From assembly GCF_001186125.1 (NCBI RefSeq), contig NW_014040200.1:26879-72073 (forward strand): a stretch of DNA of 45,195 nt. Direction: 5' to 3'. The position numbers were made by a program, and so were the translations under genes. This document shows, piece after piece, positions 13,101-25,100 of the stretch. Numbering within the stretch: position 1 is the stretch's first letter; each line of letters opens with the position of its first letter. Below the pieces are notes generated by a model, which was given only the letters and a program-made list of their open reading frames with translations, ran no database searches and was not told the origin of the DNA. This DNA is from Sphaeroforma arctica JP610 (taxonomy: Eukaryota).

Positions 13101-16100
13101 TCTTTATGATTTATTGTTCTCATTCTTCCTTTTAAATTTTGATAATTTCAATTCTTCTGTATGGTTTGTTATTTCTATTCTTCTGTATGATTTGTTGTTA
13201 CTATTCGGGATGCGGACAGACTTGACGCATGCTGTATGCATGTATTCGCATACATGTTTGATAAGATGAGCTGGCATGCTTGTGCATGTGTAGTCAACAT
13301 GCATGAAAGGTAGACTCGGTTCGGTCAACGTTGTGTTTCTGTGCACGTGTGAGGAATTACTAAACCAAGCTTAAAGCAAGTTCATATACTAAGTTTATTA
13401 ATCATTTCAGAAGCGTGACCGTCCAAACCACGACAATGTCGCTGTCTAACCTATTTTCTCGCAACACATGGTCTATGTACTAGAACTTGTGCTGTCATTC
13501 TCTCCTCTTTTCAACGCGACAAATCGATCAGCCGTAGTATTGCGATTTTACCCGAGACAACACACACCCCTATACAAGCTTGGGTAACCGGCTAAAATTA
13601 CAGTCGCATATCATTTGACACCTGGTCCCCATTCCTTGGCACTCAACAGATCATATGGGAGGATCTGCTGCCCACATTCATAGCAGACAGCCTCAAGGTG
13701 CTGCCGGGTCTAGCCGATTTGACCCCAGGAAGCACTCGCAGTACCACACCACACGTGCACAGCTCTACCACTGGGATGTCCAGTCGAAACGCGTCGTCCG
13801 TGGGCGTGTCAAAAGGTGTCACAGGGAGTGACACGCGTCAGCCGTCCATCGCTCTCCCCTGGAAGGACGCAGAGAGTCAGAACGAACCATATATGGGGTT
13901 TGGTGGGAAGCTAGAGGAAGTCAAGTCCCGTTTGCAGAGCGAAGTGCGCGTAACCGGTGATCAGACAGACGCGATCCCTTTAACTGGCGCGACGAGTATG
14001 AATAGTATTGAACCAGGATCTACAGTAGCTGTACGCACAGACGTGGGTGCAGATGAGGGGAGTGGAACGGGTACACACAAATCCAGGACTGAGCCAAGAA
14101 GCACTTTGGCTGCAGATACAAAGGTGACGACAGATGCACAGAAAGTTAATAATTCACATTTATCCGAGACCGAAACAACGACCGCCGCCGCTGTAAAAAT
14201 GGAAGCGCCCGCAGAAGGGCAGCGAACCGAAGATCCACACGCATCCCAGAGTGATTCAAAGACCACAGTGGATGGGAACACGGGGGTGACCACGGAAGGA
14301 CATGCAGCTATTGATACAAAGCAAAGCATGCCTGAATCAAGTACCACAATGACTGAGGAATCAACGGGGCTTGCCGATAGGCCAACAGTTGCCGATGTAA
14401 AGCAAACCACGGATGAATCAAGTATCACAATGACTGAGGAATTAACGGGGCTTGCCGATAGGCCAACCGTTGCCGATGTAAAGCAAACCACGGATGAATC
14501 AAGTACCACAATGACTGAGGAATCAACGGGGCTTGCCGATGTAAAGCAAACCATGCCTGAATCAAGTACCACAATGACTGAGGAATCAACGGGGCTTGCC
14601 GATAGGCCAACAGTTGCCGATGTAAAGCAAATCACGGATGAATTGAGTCCCAAATTGGCTTCGCATACTGAAGTGACTGCTGAAGAGCACTCAGTTGCCG
14701 ATACGAAGCATTCCTCAGTTGAACACAGTATCACAGTGGCTGAGATCGCAGGAGTGACTACGGAAGGGCAAGCGGTTATTGATACCAGGCAAGCCGTGGC
14801 TGAAGTAAGCACCACCGCAACTGTAGACACAGCGACACCTGCGGATGGTAAAAGAGACACTGACGAGGATCTACGCATGGATACTGATGCGAAATCACCC
14901 TTGGATCCCGATACAGACGCATCCATGGATACACTCTCATCTGTTGTGACAGCCGAATCCCAGGAGTCACCACCGCCATTAGTATACGTTGAGGTAGCTA
15001 ACCCGTTTATGGATTCGCCAGCTGCGTTTGACGCAAACAGTAGCGGAGATACCTCCCCTGTATTAGCCTCTCATTCAGCCGACGAGGATAGGGCCGTCCG
15101 GTACACAGACACTACCAGGAATAGTAACCCCACGTTGGAGAAGGTGAGGTCCATAGACACTGACTCAGGCATGGACACTAAAATGACCACCGACACAAAC
15201 CCCTCTCTGAAGTGCGACGGATATATAGTACAAACCAGCACTCCCGTAGGCGCTGCTACCATCAACACAGACGTAGAGGTAGGGCCTGCCAAGGACTCCA
15301 ACTGCAGCGACAATACACACACGGCCACGGACACAGAGTCTCACATAAAGGACGGCACGCCTTGCGCTCCCACCGTTGACACTAATTTACCAACGGCCAC
15401 AGACACACATGCGACCGAGGCTTCTGAGCCTGTGGTGGACGTAGTTGAGAACGGTTCCGCTCTAACCATTGATGCAGACGCAGGCGATGGTATGGAGACC
15501 ACCCCTGGTGTCAACAAGCCCGAGCAAGCACATCAGGCTCTACATACCACAGCCGATGCACCGACAGAAAGTCAGGCTGATGCGGAACTTGAGGTAGAGG
15601 GTGTAGGAGACGAAGCTGCTATCAGCGCACATGCCACTGGTCCTGTTGGTGTGGATAAGATCAACGACGGAGAGATTGTTGGGGACGACAGCTTCAGCAG
15701 TGACACGGGGCTGAATGAGAGTTTTGACATGGGCAATGATTTGGGCATGGAGAGCGCATCCACGAAGGCAGGGGTTACAGAGGAAAAGGAAGCCACTGCT
15801 ACAGAAGTGCAAAGCGATGAGAAACCTAAGATAGCTGTACAGCAGGACGACAGTACCAAGGCATTACAAGCAACTAACGTCGATACCACTAAAGAGGGGG
15901 CAAGCGGCTCATCTATGGTATCGGAAGAGAAGGAGGAAGGATTGCAGGTGGCAGGAAGCAGCACTGATGCGCAGAAGGGCCTTGGCGAGGCGAACTCTGT
16001 AAGAGTGGCCGACGAAAGTGGTTCTGTTGGTAGTGCTAGTCAGGCACCTAATGACAGCACGTTGGTGGGCGAAGGGATAAGACTCGGCACTGAGACTGAA

Positions 16101-19100
16101 TCGAATGCCCAGACGATAGCGGATACCAAGAAACGGTCAGAAGCGGGAGAGGCATCCGATACGGAAGATGGTACGCCTGCATCTAAGAAGACGAGATTAG
16201 ATAGCGAAATAGGAGACAGCAAGGTCAGCGAGAAGGAGACGACATACGCACACGGGGTGAGCGTTGATACTACTTACTCTGATGCAAGTGTGAAGCCGCT
16301 TGGTGACGCTGGCGCACCAGAGGGAGAAATAGGCACATCCATGGACATAGACATACGTATGGATACAAACAGCGACAACACACAGCCACGCAGGCCTCTG
16401 GCCACATCCGATGACCATGGGCATACCCAGACAGTTGCGGGTGGCCAAGGTGCAGCTGAGAATCCCCCTATTGCCGCGTCAGACGCCTTGGATACCGCCG
16501 TGTCCCCAAAAGTAAAGACTTGTGGCAAAACAGTAGCAGAGAACACGTCAGCTGCGACTGTAGAAACCCCAAATAGTGTCGAAGTCGTACAGGAAGTCGA
16601 GACGGATCCCTTGGATATTGGCACGATCGGTGCGGAGGGGCGAGCTGACAGTGCGACTGCGAGAGGCGATAATCTGAGTGGTTCAGGTAGTACGGAGAGC
16701 AAAGGGAGCAGCCAAATGAATACCAGAGGATTGTACCAGCGTGCGCATGAGCGAGAGGATGAGGTGATGGTGGGGACCGCAGATGTGCCTGAGTCGCATA
16801 CCAGTAAGATGAACACAGAGAAAAGCTCGGATGTCGAGAAGTGTGAGATGAAGACAAAGGAGGAGCGAGATCCGGGAATCGAGATAGTGGATAGTTATCG
16901 AAAACCGAAGTCCCCGCGGGCAGAGCTGTGCACGCATGAATTCTTGGCGTATCAGAACAATGGAGGTATGTCGGGTACACGAAAAGGCATATTTAACTGC
17001 AAGGGTGAGAGCCGGTTAGAATAGTTTAATTATAGATCAGATATGAAGATCCTACGCTATATGTATGTACTCTCCAAATCAAACGAAGACACCTATCTGT
17101 GCTTGTCTTTTGGCCTCACTTCCGGCTTTCGCTTCTTCCTGCCCATCTCACCCTTTGTGCGCTCTACGTGTGCGCTTGTACAGATTGGCTCACAACATAC
17201 CTCAGCACTGCATTCGAGGCGCGTGGGAATGTGGATAGGATTCGCTGTGAGGTGCTGGCACGGTGGGGCGATACATCTGCATCGTATGAGTTAGTGGGAG
17301 AAAATGGTTCTTCAGCCACGTTAAACCAGTATGTTTTCGATCTGTATTGAATCTGGTTCATATTGCGCGATATATTTGGATTGGTGTAGCTTGTCTGTGC
17401 GGTTTTTTTTCTCAGTTGTATCATTAATTGGGCAGATGTTTTCGTGTGCAGTCGTGTAGGGGAGGGTTACGCAGCCTCATTCGACAAGTATGTTATCAAT
17501 GTGTACTAATTTTTATATATATAGCCTTTTTTTGCGATAAATCCTGATTGTCCATTGTACACTGCTGCGTGTCGCAGGTCGATGTCTGCACTCCCAAATA
17601 TTTCTGCAGAGTTGTGCTTCCAGCAAGTGTGGCACAGGCTAAAGATACACATAGTTCAAGTGGTGAGAGTGAGAACCCTGCAGGCTTAGTAACTTGGCTA
17701 CACTGACTCGTAGAACATATACGCTACAATACATACCACAAATACCCCAGCTCTGCCCACACCCCTGCCTACATACACTCAGTACCACTATCTGTATTTC
17801 TTCACCCGTACTACCAATGCCCCAGTTCGACCTCATGTTGCACCCTTGGGCCACCCGAAGGGACCCCTGCTGCCCTTCTTCAGCGCCAGACCCCCTGGAG
17901 TTCGCTATCCAACAGTGCCCGTGCTGCGCTACAAGCGAGAGTGATCGGTTTGCACGATATCGTGAAGGTGAGTTCGGCCTATATGCATAACGTACACTGG
18001 CAGAAGCTTATGAACTGGAGACTATTGTCCGATATATTGTTCTATACAATTATATGCTGTCCTGTACATTGTCTTATACAATTAACTATTGTTCTATGCA
18101 TTGCCCTGTACAATTAGCTATTGTCGTATACATTGTTCTATGTTGTATACTAAAGCAATCGGAAGCGGCGCAGACAAGCGATCATGGCCACTACGTAGCA
18201 CAGAAGGGAGCATGATCTGATCCTACACCACAAGACTTTTGCCAAGCATGTATATTGACAGCTTGTAGCTTGTATGATACCTCGCCTCCTCTCCAAGCCA
18301 ACCATTGCTGGAATGACGTACATAGAGCACACTTGACGTCTGCAAGTATTACGGAGTTACTGGTGTATTATCATTGTCACGTTCAATTGTAATTGTAAAC
18401 CAAACTTCATCTGCTTATGCGAGCTTCGAATATATTCAACAATTTGAAATAAACCTAAATGAGGTCTATCACACACTTCGCTACGTTGAACTCGTCAAAA
18501 TCCATATATGCACTTCCAAAACCAACCCAAATTAGTTACCATGTTAACTGCCCTGCGGTCCCCTAGTACTATACAACATCAAATCCCTCAAAAAATTCTA
18601 AACACGTTCAAAACCAAAACCATTTTTTATTGTATAGAGACACCCAAAACCAAAATCAAATTAGGTATTCAACCACTGCCCTGCGGCCCTCTCGTACCAT
18701 CTCGTTGTGCAACCGACGTCGAATTCTTCTAAATCTTTTTAAACGCATCCAAAATCAACCCCAAACTAGGTACCGTGTCAACTACCCTGCGGCCCCCTCG
18801 TACTAAACAACGGGTTGATTGAGACCGCCTTCTCGTTGCGGAACGTAGCGTCGTGTTTGTTTTGCGCAGAGATACAGATGAGTGTCGCTGAAAAGGCTTC
18901 CACCGTCAACAATCGGTCTTCCACGGAGAGCTCCAGCAAGACCGCACCCGCTGGACTGCGGAATCACAGGTCTGTGTGTGTTAAGTGCACAATGGTATTG
19001 TATTGACACTCATGGCTTCAGAGGTGCGTGTGTGCTATACGCATGCATGTGTGTGGGTTAGTGCTACAAGCATCGTAAACCCCCCCATTATAGTTCTTCT

Positions 19101-22100
19101 GCAGGTTTATTAGTACGTTTGTTGTAGACGAGCATTTAAATGCCCCTCACTTTTTACCCACGGTGCAAATATAAGCCTCAGCTTTCGCGACTGTTCAATC
19201 ACGCAATGGTTATACAATGTTATACAATCGACCACGTGTCACAACTTCATATCCAAGGAAAAACTGGATCTGATAGTATTGACCATATTATTCGCCACGC
19301 TCTATGCCCTTTTTATATTTATAGTTGCACAGTTTCACAATGATAAGTATGCCATTTGCCCCTGGTTATCGCGCTGCTTTCTTTTCGCTGAAAATGGTGT
19401 GCCCAAATTGTGATACTATACTAGCCCTAACCCCTAGACTCTAAACCCCAAAAACCTAAACCTAGTTGAAAAAGTAAACCGCACAACTGACAATACAATT
19501 CCCTATGGGTTCTCCCTCTCGAGTGTGTGACCGCCCCGCTTGAGTGTGCATCACAAATTAAATACCAGATGTATTAACCCTTCCTGTAGGCTTTTCGCCT
19601 CGGTGATTACACCATCTGTGTGTAAACCGTAGGCATTTGCTAAGATCTTGCTTCACATCTCTATGACATGCAGGTTTTCCAGTCTTTGCACGTGTCATAC
19701 AACCCCCGGGTGTAAATTCTACTAGCATACAATAGTATAAATGTTTTTCACCCAGTTATACTGACACTATATATATCGTATATGTTATTATACTGCATTA
19801 TATAGGCATATCTTATCAATGGCTGCGCGATTGGGGCAGATCTCCTGTCCACGTACCGAAGGTAAGAATTTATTCTTTCGGTCGATGTTTATTTCTGGTT
19901 CAAAGTTTTAGGGTTTAGGATTGTTTCGATGCCAGCCATTAATTCTTGTATTTGATTTCCCTTATCAGCCATGTTCCATGAATATTTTACTATTTGCCAT
20001 CCATAACTTCACTCTTTGTTCGCAAACGACGGTTCTGCTGCATTCGTAACGCTCTGTATGTTTTCATACAATCACCCAGCGCGTGTGTTCTGGTTTGCAA
20101 TGCGATATGATCTGATGTTTGGAACGGCTGAACAGGCCGCAGCATCCGCCGAGACCTGCAGACAGATACTAAAGATTTTACCAACAACCCAGGGTATGTA
20201 CATCGGGTTACCTAAAGATACGCACACGCGCTACTTGAGCAAGGAATTTCACAGCCACCTCTGGCTAATTACTGTCGTGTCATCTACACTGCAATGGTTT
20301 GACATATTTATTTTAACGTTGTATAATTTGACAATGGTTTCAACTTCCTATTATTTTCATCTCTCGCCAGTGCTTCGTACGCCGGATATGAGGCTTGTTG
20401 TGCGTCCTTACACAAGACAGGAATTACACACCTACATCACATAGTGTTTTAGTCCTCAGATTTGCCTATGATATGTCTCAAAATAATAAAAGCTATGGTG
20501 ACAACTACGTCAAATGGTGTATGAGACCTCAGATTTGCCTATGATATATCTCAAAATAATAAAAGCTGTGGTGACAACTACGTCAAATAGTGTAATAGAC
20601 CTCAGATTTGCCTATGATATGTCTCAAAATAATAAAAGTTGTGGTGCAATCTAATCATTACGACCGTATCTCTGTACTATTTTCCGTAGGGAATAATCTC
20701 AAGACAGACGCAGCCTCTACGCGTGCAACCATCACCCTGTGCCACGTCTCTGTAAGTCTTCAAAACAATCACCAGATGTTGCGAGTGTCTGTGTATTTAT
20801 CATTTATTCTAGTACATGCCCCTTGTTGTTCATGGTCGTGCTTTTATGCTATTCTAACTTAGGGACCTGGGTTTAAGTATTATGAGCTTCTGATATAGGA
20901 CAGTTCAAGATCGTAATCAGTTCATAGTTGTGTATCCTCTCGTCCATCCAGTTGTCGTTACTCGACGTATATTTATCTTCAATTCCAGGCCAGGGTTCAT
21001 TTTGTTGTCGTTTGTGTACTTTTCTTCTATATAGACCCTGTTTACAAGCCGGTCTCAGTTCTTAAGGTATTCAGTATCAGCTTCATCTACTTCATTCTAT
21101 TCCTCCCTTTTATTCACCTTATCGCTTCGTTGTAGCAATTCTAGTAGTGTGAACATTTTTTAACTGTTTTATACACTCATACATACANNNNNNNNNNNNN
21201 NNNNNNNAATATGTATGCGCGAGTCTCTGATTAAATTTTCATAGCAGACGCGCTCATGATTTGTTTCACATTAGGCTCAAAGACACCTTTACCTTCATTG
21301 CATTTATAGACTTCACTTATACCACTGGTATCTATATGAACTATCTGCGTGTGTGTGTCTGTGTGTGACGTGATGAGTATTGGTTTTCAATGCTTGGCAA
21401 TCGTATAACTAATAATATTTAAAGGCGATGCTCAGCGTATGTATTGTCTGTTTGTAGCATAAGGAGAAATGAATGTCAACGGAGAGTTGGTACTGCAACA
21501 CCACGCATCTGTCATGATCAGCACAAGGGCTTGAACCTATTTTGACTTGAAGCGAGTATGAGCGTCATGGTTTCCATACAGGCTATCATATTGTTCACAC
21601 ATGTGAATATATAGCGTACTGTTTGCTTTTCATCTCCAACCTTCCTGTCAAAAATCCGGATCCCGATGTCAATCGCATCCCATATCTGTTGCAGGCGGCT
21701 GGCAAAAAGTATGCTATCAGATCATTTACACCTGTGGATAAAACGTACTGCGTAACCTTCCATCGACAACCCTCCTGACAACACTCTCATGTAATAGTAT
21801 TATACTTATTACAGACTGCTGGCAAATGGCAAGTATGCAGTCGCAGCCGAATTGTTGGCTCCCATTGTGCTGGTGGGTGAGACTGATGACGCATGCATGG
21901 CCCAACTGCCCACTTCAGACGAATACCTATCCGCTGACGCTATATGGAAACTGGTAGGTGTTGCGCTAGTGCTTATGTATATACGCGACTATGCACACAC
22001 AAACACACGCTCGTGCACAAGATGTATTGCAATTGATAGGCGTATCTAATGCTTGTGCATATAAGCGCCTATGCACACACACGTGCAAACATGTGCGTGC

Positions 22101-25100
22101 CCCAACTTCTCACTGCGGATGCTTATTTGTCTGGTGTCGCTATATGGAAACTGACAGGTATCGCGCCAGTGCTTATGTATGTACGCGCCTATGCGCACAC
22201 AGATACAAGCACATGCACAAGATATAGATATGTGCCGGTGCATACACACGGATGGGCGTATCCATGCGTGGTTTCGGATTCACATTTGCACGCGTGAAAG
22301 TATATCGCATGTATAGCCTACCTCAGTTGCTACCTATTGGGTAGGGTAGTTACAAAGTGTCACTGGTGATACGCTGCTCTCCTCTCTTGTGTTCCACTAA
22401 ATGCCGGACAACTAGCGGTAGAGCGAACATGAGCCGTTACAACATGTCAGCAGTTGGTGAGCGCATTTTATCACTGCACGCAACTAGCAGACCGCAAGTG
22501 TTCGGTCTCGCATCTGACAGGGAGAACGATGAGTGATTGAAGATTATACGTATAGTTGTTCTCTTAAACAATACATATAGCATATTAAAACAGCCAGAAG
22601 GAAGGCTAGCGATGATTTAGAACAATTGTTCTATTAAACAATACATATAGCATACTAAAACAACCAGAAGGAAGGCTAACGATGATTTAGAAGCCTAGGC
22701 AACGTACCCACCATGAATGTCCATAGACTAGTTGTGCCTGGTGAACTACTCAATAGATTACTTCGTGATTCTGCACCATCACTGCGTGTGTTCAGGCCGA
22801 GATGCTGTGCACGGCCTATGTGCATCTCAAAGACCACATGCGGCAGCTGAGACTCCTGGAAGCTCTCCTGTGTATGGCGGCCTCTCACGGACTGCCCGAT
22901 CTCTTCACAAACAAAGGTATGTACAAAGTCGATTAAATGACACGAGTGTGTCTGTTATAAAGGGAGATATCCTTTCCCAGTGTTTGTGTATACGTGTACA
23001 TGTGGCCATTTTTGGGAGTGGAGACTACCAGTAGCTCGCCTGTGAATAGTGGCGTCCCACGGACTGTCTGATCTCTTCACAAACAAAGGTATGTATGTAT
23101 ACCTATGTAGTTGCGTAGCTTAGTGTTCATATCGAAACTATTATACCGAAAGTAACCAAATATAAAGGCCAAAAAATGGGTATTCATTTTAAGTTTTGCA
23201 CTTTGAAAGACCGAAGCTGAGGACTCGGCCCCAAGATATTATTTTTTGATTGGTCAATTTCTCAATAGTTCCGGGGCTTCCGCTCTATTTCTAAGTTTTC
23301 TTGCATCTCGCTCTAGTATCCAATTTATCGGGACAGACAAGTCGCAGGGCCCTAAAAGTATTTTGAGGTGTAGTGACATGGTACCCAATCGAATAATGCG
23401 ACGATCTCCGGGATTCAGTGAGGTTTATCGCTTTCCCATGTTGTTTGTCTGTGTTTGTTTGGGTGGTGCCACTGCTATGGCCATAGCCACCCCTGACTAT
23501 TCTGAAGTGTGACCCTCACAGAGACACCTTGCGTAGGCCAGATGTATCCTGTAGAATTGATTCAACTGAGGTGAATTGGTGGAAATGAGCACTCTGTCAA
23601 CCTTTCAAGTGTAAATATAACCTTTCAAGTGTATATGCAACCTTTCAAGTGTATATGTAACCTTTCAATTGTAAATGTAACCTTTCAAATGTATATGTAG
23701 CCTTTCAAGTGTATATGTAACTTTTCAAGTGTATATGTAACCTTTCAAGTGTATATGTATCCTTTCAAGTGTATATGTAACCTTTCAAGTATATATGTAA
23801 CCTTTCAAGTGTATATGTAACCTTTCAAGTGTATATGTAACCTTTCAAGTGTATATTTAACCCTTGCAAGTGTACATATATGTCCGTGAGCGTGTGAGAA
23901 GTGCAAGTATGTATGCGAGCAATGGCGAATTGCGATTTACTAATATCTGAAATATTCTTACTTGGCTAGAGGTATATAAGTTTAGTCTGTTTAGTCTTGT
24001 ATCTGCGAACCTCCGGTTTTTATGGTCAACCGAACACTGTATGTTAACATTCTTTGCTTGTGCAAAAACAATTATATATGTGATTGTACGTTTACACATA
24101 TGTGCAAATCTTTAACAATGAAGTATATATGTGATCATAGGTATACGAACATGTGGACATCTATATCAACTTCGCATTCTTACAATAGGGATAGGTTAAG
24201 TACCATACCAAAGTAACGGTGATTGCATTGCAGCAGTGTTTGTGTATCAGAATCATCACTTCTTCATTGCACTCTCTTGTACGGATTTCTGCATGCATGT
24301 AACAAGAGGCTCACTCAGATACAAAAAACTATTTATCCGTACGCAACCTTTCTGGTGTGCGCTGACAGTGAACACTATGTACATTAACGCCCGTATTTAC
24401 AATTGACACAGCATACTAAAGCATATTACTTCTGCCTCCCCCCTCCCCCCACCTCCACCCCTCCCCCTTTAAAATAGACCAACAACAACTAGAATCACCA
24501 AATAAGGAAGAAAGCGCGGGAAAAGCACCCGCCACGTGGTGTCCGCGGGTTGAGGTTGTGCTGCGGTGGATGAAAGAGTGCTTACTTGTCATTGCACAGC
24601 AACCAGGCGATGTACTTCGAGCACGATTGGTCAGGGTGGTCAAAGAGGTATAGTAATATAGCTTGTTGTGTACAACTAATTCGGGTGTCTATTTGTGTAC
24701 ACTCGTTTACAATGTCGAACTACCTATCTATGTCTGTTCTAAGCCTATCAATCTTTTGACACTCGCCCCATCGTGTACGTCGCATGGGATGTATGTACAG
24801 ATATATGGCTTACTCGATATTACACACACACCAGTACGTGCCTACTATCTGGGATCAACACTAGCCGCAGCAGCTATGTGATACACCCGCGTAACGAGCA
24901 ACCACCACGAAGCATATGTCTAGAACACGCACACCGTACGCTTTAACATTGGGCACATAAGACAACGTACGAGTCCTTTCCATTCATTCGTGTGCAAACT
25001 GATCTGCTCTACCCTTCAGATCGTCTCACACTCGACGCAGAAGCAACTGCCACGTGCACAACACACCCACGAGAGCTCTCAGATGGCCCAGACAGCCGTC

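Noticed and set aside
13961..16980. Long antisense ORFs
   Set aside because: Shadow frames of the low-complexity sense exon.
13698..17024. 1108-aa ORF as a standalone mucin or surface-protein gene
   Set aside because: Starts at GTG, has no signal peptide, is bounded by in-phase splice sites and has CABIN1-like ends; it is an internal exon.
21275..21554. Two phase-compatible candidate exons (~21275-21327 and ~21458-21554)
   Set aside because: Weak coding appearance and no convincing homology; left unannotated pending RNA evidence.
23599..23875. 20-bp repeat array as a CRISPR
   Set aside because: Units are contiguous with no unique spacers, there are no cas genes, and it lies in a eukaryotic intron.
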